A stretch of 64,000 nt of DNA from a bacterium. Its GTDB lineage: Bacteria; UBA8248. Below are positions 20,880-30,500 of the stretch, piece by piece (position 1 is the first letter of the stretch; every line of letters begins with the position of its first letter). The translations under genes and the position numbers were made by a program. Where the stretch lies: assembly GCA_965203325.1 (NCBI GenBank), contig OZ241875.1:448001-512000 (forward strand). Reading direction: 5' to 3'. The notes under the pieces are model-generated. The model worked only from the letters and a program-made list of their open reading frames with translations. It searched no databases and was not told the DNA's origin.

Positions 20880-21000
20880 GGTGCTACGTACTTAGAAGCC
20901 GAGGCGGCCTACAGCCTCGACACCCAGCTAGGTCTCCTGACGCCCTATACGGGCGTGGCGATATCCGGGAACGCGGAAACTTGGCGCGGCCACGGAGGTG
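20880..21000 (+). pseudogene. Remnant resembling the C-terminal beta-barrel of an autotransporter-like surface protein
   Basis: Peptide LEAEAAYSLDTQLGLLTPYTGVAISGNAETWR with no intact surrounding gene. Confidence 0.4.
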
Positions 21001-21299
21001 GGCCTCAAGGCGGACCTCGCAGAACAGGCGGGCGGCGAGAGACCCGAAGGCGGCCTCCTGCTGCGCGGTTCGAAACGGTGGCAGGGCGGACCCGGGGGTA
21101 GCTCAGGCCGTTTCTGATGCAGACGGGACAGCTCCCCGTGACGCCTGGATACATCCGGACGGCGAGCCGTCCCTCCCTGCACCGAACGCGGATTCTCGAG
21201 AACATCGAGTGAGAAATCGTGACGGCCTTGCCGCCTCGGAGCGTTCAACATCGACGAGGAATACCCGGCCGGGGCGCTTCATCTTCATCCCTCTCATTG

Positions 21300-21782
21300 C
21301 GGGTTGTCTCGCCGGGATGCGTGAGGAGGATCTAGGCGCGAAGAGCGTTCCCCGGAACCCACTCCTGTTCGGTATGTTCTACCGCATGGGGTTGGTCGAG
21401 CAGATCGGAAGCGGCATACGACGCATTCGACAATTGTGCCGCGATCACGGGATAGCCGAGCCGACAATCGATGTATCCGAGAACTGGGTGACAACCACAT
21501 TCGCGCGGCAGGTCGAACATGCGGCCCCTCAAGTACCCGACAAGTACCCTGCAAGTCAGAAATCTCATCCGCTCCCTGGATGGCGAGCGGACGCGAGCGG
21601 AAATTCTTCAGCTTCTGGGACTCAAGGATCGGACGAATCTGGCCAAGGAATATGTGCAACCTGCTCTTACCGCAGGCCTAATCGAGATGACCATCCCAGA
21701 TAAGCCCCGCAGCAGCAAACAAAGATATCGGTTGACGGACAAGGGCCGGGAATTGCAGGAGCACATGAGGCAGACGCGATGA
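21300..21782 (+). pseudogene. 3' fragment of an ATP-binding (RecG C-terminal-like / HATPase_c_4) regulator with a Fic-like C-terminal winged helix, frameshifted
   Basis: SVPRNPLLFGMFYRMGLVEQIGSGIRRI in one frame and EILQLLGLKDRT...IEMTIPDKPRSSKQRYRLT in another. The shift falls in a CAAGTACCC repeat linker (~21530-21555). The N-terminus is missing. Confidence 0.7.
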
Positions 21783-21925
21783 GCCTTTTCTCGTTTCACT
21801 TGTTCTATCAAGCGGACCCTGCTTTGCGCTCGGCGCGGATGCGAGCATCTTCCCGGCATCGCTGACACCTGTATCCGGTACGCGGTCGTCCTCTCCGACG
21901 TTTTCCGGTGTGTGAGGGGGAGTGA

Positions 21926-22555
21926 ATGAAGCATATTGGAATCTGGATGATAAGCGGTGTGAGCGTTCTCTATATCGCCATTATTTTCTTTTTGCGTGTT
22001 AGTGATGCCTGGCACCTCTTAACGACAGGCGATCTGAACGAATTAGGGGACTTTCTCGCAGGCTTTTTCACCCCATTAGCTTTCGGTTGGTTGATATACG
22101 GCTACTTACTACAGTCCAGCGAGCTCTCCCTTCAACGCAATGAGTTAGAGCTTACACGGGAACAACTCGGTAAACAGACGGAATTGCTACAGGAGCAAGT
22201 AACATCGGTCTACCAGGATTCCATACCCCATCTCACAATCAGAATCGTTAGATCCAATGATTTGTGGGATTGGAGAATCGAAAACAAAGGGGGTCCCGCG
22301 AAAGATATAAAACTCCTGAATCTGAATGAAAGCTCAAAAGTCGAAGTGGAGCTAAAATCCTTGGCACGTGATCAATTTTTCGATTTCACAGTTTCCGAAA
22401 TCAGCAGCCCTTTCAAATATGAGGCGCGTTTCAGCTCAGAGCGCTCAGAAAGGTTCCATCAAACCTGGGAGATCGGAAATGGCAAGTGTAGGGAAATCAC
22501 GGAAGGGCCGGAGCGGCTGGATGAAGATCGAGAGGGGTTGCCAACTGATGAATAA
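21926..22555 (+). CDS. Hypothetical membrane protein (two TM helices plus coiled coil)
   Basis: RBS-like GGGGAG. LNELGDFLAGFFTPLAFGWLIYGYLLQ followed by ELSLQRNELELTREQL. GC content is lower than the neighbouring genes. Confidence 0.7.
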   Translation: MKHIGIWMISGVSVLYIAIIFFLRVSDAWHLLTTGDLNELGDFLAGFFTPLAFGWLIYGYLLQSSELSLQRNELELTREQLGKQTELLQEQVTSVYQDSIPHLTIRIVRSNDLWDWRIENKGGPAKDIKLLNLNESSKVEVELKSLARDQFFDFTVSEISSPFKYEARFSSERSERFHQTWEIGNGKCREITEGPERLDEDREGLPTDE

Positions 22556-22946
22556 AAACCCCGCGCAGCCAAGGAGTCGGCTACCACGCCGGATGATCTC
22601 TCTTCAAATTCCATTTCTTGTCGTGGCATCCTATTGAAACCACGCGTTATATATCCGCCAGTCGGGTTTCGTCTCCTTGAGTGTGGGGTTCGCTTACGCC
22701 CGATCAGTTTACCGACTAGAACACGCTAAGCTGCGTAGAAATTGTAATTCGACCGCTTCCGGATTGATTGCGTATTGCAGATAAGCAAATCCTCAACCAA
22801 GCTCCTCAAAATAAATACCAACAACAGCTTCAAGAATCTACAAGAATTTTCCAGCCGCCGGATACCCCCGCTGTGTGAAAACACGCAAAGGATGCGCTCC
22901 TGCGTCCGCCCCGGTTCGCACAGCGGCGTTTCCCCGGCGCGATCCT

Positions 22947-23174
22947 CTAGCGCTCCTTCCTCTTCCGCGCGTTTCTCTCATCGGATATGGAAGTCCAGCG
23001 CTGCTTCGAGGCCCACACTTCCAGGTCCGCGGGCCGGTAGCGCACCCAGGCGCCGAATCGGCGGAAGGCTGGCCCCTCGCCGCGCACGCGGCATTGCGCA
23101 AGCGTCGTCGGCGGGATGCCCAGCCGGGCGGCCGCCTCCCGCGTGTCCAGGCAGTTTCCGGCGTGCCCGTTCAT
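22947..23174 (-). CDS. Small helix-turn-helix protein (AlpA/excisionase-like)
   Basis: LDTREAAARLGI..TL...R..GEGP.F.RFG..VRY...DL..W pattern; directly downstream of the integrases. Confidence 0.8.
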   Translation of the reverse strand: MNGHAGNCLDTREAAARLGIPPTTLAQCRVRGEGPAFRRFGAWVRYRPADLEVWASKQRWTSISDERNARKRKER

Positions 23175-23194
23175 GCGGAGTTCCCCTTCGGTCT

Positions 23195-23279
23195 CCGGCC
23201 CGGCGAGCGCATTGACATCACCGCCTCTAAGACGCCGTCGTTCAAGGCGGGCAAGGCCCTGCGGGACGCGGTGCGCTAG
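23195..23279 (+). pseudogene. C-terminal remnant of an HU DNA-binding protein gene
   Basis: GERIDITASKTPSFKAGKALRDAVR* matches the conserved HU C-terminus; the N-terminus is absent. Confidence 0.7.
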
Positions 23280-24328
23280 CGCCCGTCCAGCAGGTCGGCC
23301 GCGATGCTCGCGGCCACCCGCTCCGCGGCCTCGCGTACCGTGTCGCGCGCGAGATGCGCGTAGCGCGCCGTGGTCTGTATGTGGGAGTGGCCGAGCAGCT
23401 TCGCGATGACGGAAAGTCCTTCTCCCAGCGCCAGCGCTCTCGAGGCGTAGGAGTGACGCAGGTCGTGGATCCGCACGTCATCGAGTTCCGCACGCACGAG
23501 GACCTTTCGCCAGACGTGATCGAGCCCGCTCAGGCGCGCGCCCGGCTTCCTGCCGGGGAAGACCCAGGGATTTCCGGGAAGACGCGGAAGAGCGGCCAGG
23601 AGTCCGGCCGCCGCCGGCGGAAGCGAGACCACGCGCGCGCCCGTCTTGGAGTCCGCCAGCCTCAGTTCCGATTCCCCGAGCGCCACGTCCTCCCAGCGCA
23701 GCCCGAGGACCTCCGATTTCCGGCACCCGGTCAGGGTCAGGAGCCTGATGGCGGCCACGGCGCAGGCGGACGCGCCGCCCCCGGCCTCTATCTCGTCAAG
23801 CGTCTTTCCCAAGCGCATAAACTCCGCCTCCGTGAGGAACCGCTCCCGCCTGCGAAGGGGGTATTTCACGATGGCGCGGCACGGGTTCGTTCCTTCGGGC
23901 AAAAGCCCCCAGTCGCCTGCCGTCTCGAACATCGAGGAGAGCACCCGCAGCGCCGCCCGGACCGCGGCGGCCGTGCGCGGCTTGCACCTCACCTCGACGT
24001 GTTCCGCCATGTAGCGCCCGGCGAGTTCGGCCACCGTGGGGCCGCCGGCGGATCTCACGGGCACCGCCTCCCCGCCCGCCTTGATCCGCGCGATGAGGAG
24101 CGCCGCGCGTCTTCTCGCCTCCTCGGAATGGATCACGCCGTGGCGGCCCACCGTCACCCGTCTGGGTCCCGCAGGTCCGCGCGCCTGCGCGATATACACC
24201 TTGCTCCCCGTGGGGTAGACACGTACGCCGAAGCCGGTGAGCTCCTTGTCCCAGAACACCGTGTCCTTGTGGACCTCGAGTTTCCCCACCATCCGGTTCG
24301 AAACCGTTTTCATTGCGGACTTCCTCAT
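23276..24328 (-). CDS. Tyrosine recombinase/integrase with arm-DNA-binding domain and an in-frame internal deletion
   Basis: WDKELTGFGVRV arm domain; catalytic GCR, SKTG, HDLRH, LGH and RYAH present; about 40 aa of the core-binding domain missing relative to its neighbour. Confidence 0.9.
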   Translation of the reverse strand: MRKSAMKTVSNRMVGKLEVHKDTVFWDKELTGFGVRVYPTGSKVYIAQARGPAGPRRVTVGRHGVIHSEEARRRAALLIARIKAGGEAVPVRSAGGPTVAELAGRYMAEHVEVRCKPRTAAAVRAALRVLSSMFETAGDWGLLPEGTNPCRAIVKYPLRRRERFLTEAEFMRLGKTLDEIEAGGGASACAVAAIRLLTLTGCRKSEVLGLRWEDVALGESELRLADSKTGARVVSLPPAAAGLLAALPRLPGNPWVFPGRKPGARLSGLDHVWRKVLVRAELDDVRIHDLRHSYASRALALGEGLSVIAKLLGHSHIQTTARYAHLARDTVREAAERVAASIAADLLDGR

Positions 24329-25491
24329 CGCTCCATCCTCCCGTTCGTGACGTGGACGCCGATGCTCTCCCCCACGCGGGTGGCCGCCGCCCGCTCGGCA
24401 TCCCGCATCAGGTGCGCGTAGCGCGCCGTCGTCGCCACCTCGCCGTGTCCGAGCAGCGCCCCGATCACCGGGAGGTTCTCGCCCAGCGCGAGCGCCCGGC
24501 CCGCATACGAATGACGCAAGTCGTGAAGCCGCACGTCCCCGAGCCCCGCCCGCGCCCGGAGGGGCTTCCAGTAGTGATAGAGGTTCGTGAGCCTGCCCCC
24601 TCCCCGCTGGGCGCGGAACACCCAGGGACCGTCCCCCCGCGGGGGAAGCGCGTCGAGCACCGGCCCCGTCAGCGGAACCATCCGCGGTCCCGTCTTCGTG
24701 TCTCTCAATCTCAGTTCCCCCGCCGCGCGGTCCACGTCGTCCCAGTGCAAGTTCAGCACCTCATCCCGCCGGCATCCCGTCAGGAGGAGGAGCCTGATCG
24801 CCCCGAGCGCAGGCGCCCAGAGCTCGCCTTCCGCCTCTGCGATCACACGGCCCAACCGGCGGTATTCCGCAGGCGTCAGGAACCGCTCCCGCTTGCGCGT
24901 CCTGTAGCGGCGAAGCCTGCGGCACGGGTTCCGGCCGGGCGGTACCAGTTCCCACGCCTCGGCCAGCGCGAACATCCGCTTGAGCACGTCCACCGCGGCG
25001 TTCGCCGTCCCCGGCGTCGCGCGAAGGGCGTGCTGGAGCGCCGCGGCCTCCGCCTTGCCCACGTCCTCGAGGTTCATGGAACCCAGCGCCGGCAGGATAT
25101 GGTTGTCGAGCACGGAGCGGTACTTCGGCGCCGTGGACGGCTTGCAGCGGCTCGCGACGTACTCGCGCATGAAGCGTCCGGCCAGGTCCGCCACCGTGGG
25201 CGCGGGTTCAGCCTCTCCGGACAGGGGCTCCTCGCCCCGCCTGATCCGGTCGATGACGGGCGCTGCGCGTTTCCTGGCCTCATCGCACGAGAGCGCCCCG
25301 TGGCGCCCGAGCGTCACGCGCACAGGCCCCCTGGGTCCTCTCGACTGCACCACGTAGACCTTCCGGCCCGTTGCGTGCACCCGCACCCCGAAGCCCGCCA
25401 GGTCCCGGTCCCAGAATACGGCGTCCTTCTCCTTGACAGCGAGGGCGTCGACCGCGCGCTTGGTGAGCTTGAACTCGCTTCTTCTCGGCAT
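24325..25491 (-). CDS. Tyrosine recombinase/integrase with arm-DNA-binding domain
   Basis: WDRDLAGFGVRV; GCRRDE, TKTG, HDLRH, LGH and RYAH; its stop overlaps the next gene's start (ATGA). Confidence 0.93.
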   Translation of the reverse strand: MPRRSEFKLTKRAVDALAVKEKDAVFWDRDLAGFGVRVHATGRKVYVVQSRGPRGPVRVTLGRHGALSCDEARKRAAPVIDRIRRGEEPLSGEAEPAPTVADLAGRFMREYVASRCKPSTAPKYRSVLDNHILPALGSMNLEDVGKAEAAALQHALRATPGTANAAVDVLKRMFALAEAWELVPPGRNPCRRLRRYRTRKRERFLTPAEYRRLGRVIAEAEGELWAPALGAIRLLLLTGCRRDEVLNLHWDDVDRAAGELRLRDTKTGPRMVPLTGPVLDALPPRGDGPWVFRAQRGGGRLTNLYHYWKPLRARAGLGDVRLHDLRHSYAGRALALGENLPVIGALLGHGEVATTARYAHLMRDAERAAATRVGESIGVHVTNGRMER

Positions 25492-25691
25492 GGTTCCTCC
25501 GGGAAATATGTAATCAAACCGCATACAAGCGGCGTCAAACGAGAGCGTATTCAGGCATAAATATGACGAAAACGCAAGAGGGGAAATTTGAAAGGTATGT
25601 TATTTAATCAAGTATTATCAGCTATTTACATCATCTAGGCGTAGTCAGTCGAACGATTGACATACCGGTCGATTTGAATTATATGTTTGCT

Positions 25692-25720
25692 CGTCATTCC
25701 GGCCTTAAGCCGGAATCCAG
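25692..25720. repeat. CGTC-type REP-like hairpin
   Basis: CGTCATTCCGGCCTTAAGCCGGAATCCAG. Confidence 0.65.
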
Positions 25721-25898
25721 AGCCGATGGGGGTGCATAATTCCGGTAATTCGTTCCGTCTTTGAAATTGCGGGAACAAAAGCAATATCACCGAACAACCT
25801 CGCGGTTCTCACCAACATGCTACTGGATGACGAACGAATGAATAAGTCGCGTCAAAATGGACTGATATGCGTTGCCGCCTCAGGAAATCACTCGCCTG

Positions 25899-26657
25899 TC
25901 ATTGAGACAACAAGTGCTTCTTGAAGAATCGCACCACGTGATCGCGGGATTTGTGGGCCGCATCTTCATCCCATCTCATGATCCGGCCGCGCCGGTTGCG
26001 ATTCACCCCTATCTTGTCGAACCCGTGGTGCGCGCCTTCAAAGAAAATAACGGGCACGCTGTGGCTGTGCTGGAACTGAAAGCACTTGTCGGGGTCCACA
26101 TACGTGTCTGCGGTGCCCATCAGTATCAACATCGGAAGATTGTACAAACTCACCCTGTGGCTTCGCGCGCACCCGCCGTAGATTCCCACATGGGCGGCGA
26201 AGACCGGGCCGGGAGTCTTTTCCATATTCGCCATGCGAAACGCCACCGTGCCGCCGTAAGACCACCCCATGATCCCGACGCGCCCGCCATCCACGTCGGC
26301 GCGTTTGCGTATCCGCCGCGCGGCCTCCAACACCACCGGAATGTTGTCATCCGCCGGCGGTCGATCGCGGCGGCTCCTGAAGATGCCTGTCTTGGTGTCC
26401 AGGACGAACGTCCCTATCCCTGCGCGCAGCAAGTGCGGCCGGTAAAACGCCTGCCTCTGGTCAACCCCGGACGTTCCCGGAATCATGACCACCAGAGGGG
26501 CGGGGCCGGCCGCCTTCGGCAGGTGAAGCTCCGTGCCATACCGCCTGCCGTCAACGGTAATGACGCCGCGCTCGGTTGTAGCTCCATAGGCCGTCACGGG
26601 CATGAGCGCCGCCAGCGCCAGGCACACGATAAGCGAAAATAATCTGGGCATGGACAT
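25899..26657 (-). CDS. Secreted dienelactone hydrolase-family alpha/beta hydrolase
   Basis: Signal peptide; GWSYGG nucleophile, GTADTYV Asp and AHHGFD His. Confidence 0.82.
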   Translation of the reverse strand: MSMPRLFSLIVCLALAALMPVTAYGATTERGVITVDGRRYGTELHLPKAAGPAPLVVMIPGTSGVDQRQAFYRPHLLRAGIGTFVLDTKTGIFRSRRDRPPADDNIPVVLEAARRIRKRADVDGGRVGIMGWSYGGTVAFRMANMEKTPGPVFAAHVGIYGGCARSHRVSLYNLPMLILMGTADTYVDPDKCFQFQHSHSVPVIFFEGAHHGFDKIGVNRNRRGRIMRWDEDAAHKSRDHVVRFFKKHLLSQ

Positions 26658-26685
26658 CCTCCGGATTATGTCTGATCGGGGCGTT

Positions 26686-27354
26686 TCACTGCTTCCAGGC
26701 GTTCGTCATTCCCTGGTTCGGGACGTAGCGGTAGATGTGATCCAGTCTGTCCCTGGACCAGTATTTGAACTCGATCTCTTCTAAATGGCCTTCAGCATCC
26801 AGGCCGACGTGGGTGATTTCCAGCGCAGTACCCTCACAGTCTTTCCTCGAGCGAATTTTCCATTCGCGCCCGGCCGGAAACTTGCATCTTCCGGTGTACC
26901 AATACTTCGGATAACGACTATCGTAGACTCTACCGATTCCGTCTTGATGACACGTGAAATACTGGACTTTGTAGCGAGTGATCTTCTCTCTCACCCATAC
27001 CAGTTCGTCTTCACCGGATTCGATATTGGACCACTTCTTAGGCCCCCATATCCTTGTCAATCCCCCGCCCTGGACGTCGAAAGTAGTGTCGGCCTTGTGC
27101 ATGCAGGGGCCTTCCTTGCGGCCGTCCCACTCAGCACCCGTCCAGAGTTGATAAGGCACGAACATCTTGCGGGTCCCGCAGTCATAGAGGTTTCCCACAT
27201 GCCATGGTGACGAACTCGGCGGGTAGCCCGCGCAGGCGAGCTTGTGGAAGCTGTCCGCCGTCGTCTCTTCGTTCCAGGCCCATGCCGGCGTAAAGATACC
27301 AAGGGAAAACACGACCGCCAGAATGAAAAGCGCTGCGATACGCAGGATGCTCAT
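26686..27354 (-). CDS. Hypothetical secreted Cys/Trp-rich protein
   Basis: RBS AGGAG; signal peptide ending AWA; six Cys; no family recognised. Confidence 0.72.
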   Translation of the reverse strand: MSILRIAALFILAVVFSLGIFTPAWAWNEETTADSFHKLACAGYPPSSSPWHVGNLYDCGTRKMFVPYQLWTGAEWDGRKEGPCMHKADTTFDVQGGGLTRIWGPKKWSNIESGEDELVWVREKITRYKVQYFTCHQDGIGRVYDSRYPKYWYTGRCKFPAGREWKIRSRKDCEGTALEITHVGLDAEGHLEEIEFKYWSRDRLDHIYRYVPNQGMTNAWKQ

Positions 27355-27589
27355 GTCTTCTCTCCTTTGATCAATCAAAAAACAATATGGTGGATGCTTA
27401 TCTCCGTCGGGAAGGCGCTCATGAACCAAGCCTGAATTCGCCTGGTGACGGCCCCCTTACGCATCCGCATCGCCGACGAAAATCGTTCAACTCATCAACG
27501 ATTGTCATGATCCTTCAAAATGATAGGCACGGACGCTCCACTAATTTTACGTATAGCCTCCGAAAGAATTGGGTCCCCCTCCTTTCAAT

Positions 27590-30500
27590 TCAATCTGTAC
27601 GCACAGCGCCGAAAACACCTCGCAAACTATCGCGATTAAATTTGCCGGCCACACCCTGATGTTCTGTTCCGTAGAATGCGCCTTCAATTGTAGGTTGTCC
27701 CACCTGAGGGTCCCGGAATGCGCCCTTCTCGAGCTGAAGCGCCCGCCAGGACATGTCGCTATGCCCCTCTCCAAAGTCCGTGAAATCGACATCAACCGTC
27801 GCGTCACCGAAATCGACTTCGAGTCGTGCCTTTCCGCTCACCGGCGTATAACCTCGCGGCCCCGTTTCAACCGCACGCACTTTTCCGGACCAGACGGCAG
27901 ACCCGGATACCGGATTACGTCCCGAAGGAGTTCCCTCGATACGTCCATATGGGGAATAGTAAGTCGTTGAATTGCCAGTGCTTGTGGTGTCCCGTTCAAT
28001 AAAAGCGCCAAAAATGTTTTCCTGAAACTGTTTTGCCCAAAATCCCCACTTATCAAATGCGTATACCTCATATTCTTCGGAACTGTAAACATCTCTGGTA
28101 GCTCCCGTTTCTTCGAGTGTCACGGTATCCGCTTCTCGTCTCGCGCCGAAGCTGCCGAAGACATCCGTTTCATAATGATGGAATGTGCCTCCGGTCTCCT
28201 CGTGGACGGGGCCGAAGAAGGCGCCGTAGATACGCCCTGATTCGTCAGAATGTGCGAATGTGCCGTCTGCTACAGCTTGAAGATTTTCGAAGCTAAAATC
28301 GGGAATATTCCGTTGGCCGTCCCGGCTCGCCACATCGGAAAACATCACATCCACGAGATTCGTGAACAGCCAGAAATCGACCGTCGCGCGTCCTTCCACA
28401 AGCCGATTCTCGCTCGAAGGCAGATCGTACTGGTAGCCCAGCATGAGGCCGGACCACCGCGCGCGGCCACCGGGAAGATTGCCCGACAAGGTCCCCTGCA
28501 CGCCGGTCCAGTGGTGTTCGAAGTCCGGAGAGATCACAGCCGGCTCCGTCGTCCAGTTCGTGTAGTGCTCGAATCCTGTCCCGAAGGCGACATGTTCCAT
28601 GGTTCCCGTGTAACCGTCGACCACTCGACGCCCACGCGCTACGTCCGTAGATGCGCTTGTGAGCCTCTCGATCCGCAAGAAATCGTAGTCCGCCTCAAGT
28701 TTCGCGGTGTTCCGCCAAGCCCACCCGGCCGTGGAAGCGAGCATATTCTCGCGGGTCGTCGCCATCCAGTCGGACCATCCGACCGGTCCGGTTGGTTTAT
28801 GGCGCATCTCACAGGATGCGTCCGCTCCACATCGGTAGTGGGACCACCCCTCGTCGACTGGCACCGGTGTGTTAATCAACCTGGATAGGCCCGTCAAATA
28901 GTCAGCGGAGGCTATCACGTCCTCCCTGGAGGGTCGCTCATCCAGCGTGGCCCCGAAGCTGGCCAGCAGGCCGGCTTGCGGGTCGTGGAGCACTCCCGCG
29001 ACGTCCTCATGATTGGGCCCGTAGAAATCCGCCTGGAAGGTGGAGCCGGCCCCGGTTCCGATTATCTTGTTGGCTGACAACTCGATCGGATAGTGCAGGC
29101 TACCTTCCGCGAATACCTCGGGCGTACCGTCGGGGTAAACCGTGAGCGAAGTGAAGCTCGCCGCGCCGTCAAGAGTGGCGAAGTCAATCGAAAGGCTGGC
29201 GTCTCCAGTTACCGGCGGAAGCCCCGTGCGGTCGAGCGCCGCGCCGAGTAGCCCGCCAGAGTAGCGGACCGTGCCGTCCGGTCCCTTCGCCGTATAGGAA
29301 GAACGGAAACTCCCAGTGCTGAGATACCCGAACGCGTCGACTTCCGCCTGCAGCAGATCGACCACGTCGAGCGTATTCCACCGACCGCCGTGGTAGCCGT
29401 AGTGCGGCTGCGGGTCCGCAAGGGCTATCTGCAGGTCGCGAGAGACCGAGACCGTGAAAGCAGCGTAGTCCGTCCAGCCCGCGAGCCCGTAGGTCTCGGG
29501 CCTGTCGGTAACTTCTGTGATATTCATGCCGAGGTCTTTGAGGAAAGCGAAGTCGATAGCGTCCGGCAGAAATACCTGCAATGCAGCCTGATGTCTGCAA
29601 TAGGCCATGAGCGATGTGCAGACGCCACTGTGATCGAAGTCGTAATTCGTGGCTAGCGGATCTCGCTCGCCGTAGACCCAAGCATGCGGATCGGAAGCAT
29701 CTTGGAACGGCGCAGGACCGCCATGGAGGGCAACCATGTTCGGCCCGGTCCAGACGCCTGTCGCCTTGTCGACATAATAACTGAGGTTCTCTGGATATGA
29801 GTGAGTCGTCCAAGCCCCCAGAACATGTCCGATCTCGTGTGCGAGTGTCGAGAACAAAATGCCGGTGTGAGCCCTCTCCTGCAGATATTCCCTGTCGATC
29901 CTTATCGATCCGAATCGAGGTTCCCAGGTATCATCGGGCGTCTGAAATCCTGATAGCGCAGAGCCGGCGACCCCCTCGGGAAGATGTTGATCTCTGACAA
30001 CTATCTCGAGCCCGGTACTGACCTCACCTTCTGGCCCGACCCTGACCTCAGTTCGAGCGGCAGATGGATTGCCTCTATCGATCCTGCCCTTGAGCTCGCC
30101 TGCGCGCCGCTCCCACGGCGTCCAGGTATCGGCGATCCGGTGACTCCAAGCCTTGCCGGCGTGCTCGAGCATGGCGCGGAAGGCCGGATCGTCGCTCATC
30201 AATGGCCCTGCGCCCGAGATGTCGAAATCAATCGAGAGCGTGTCGGCCGGACCGCCCGCCCAGCGCCCGAAGGTGACGCCGCGGCGAGTCCCCAGAATCC
30301 GGACTTCATCGCCGTCCTGAAGATTCGAGGCTATCGTAGTTCCACTGCGTCTCTCCGCCTCTGCTCGAGGCGTCTGAAGGTCGAAAGTGTCGCTTCCGGA
30401 TAGTAGGGGAGTGAGGGAAAGACCCTCCTTGATCGCCTGGCTCCGCCGATGCCCCCAGTGATCGAGCAGGTCGGCGGCTTCGGGGTTGTTGCGAGCAGGC

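Noticed and set aside
22860..22890. IS end-like CCGCTGTGTGAAAAC
   Set aside because: It is a single short match with no partner end or transposase nearby.
23276..25491. RIT element or prophage
   Set aside because: There are only two recombinases, both with arm-binding domains, and no structural, replication or lysis genes.
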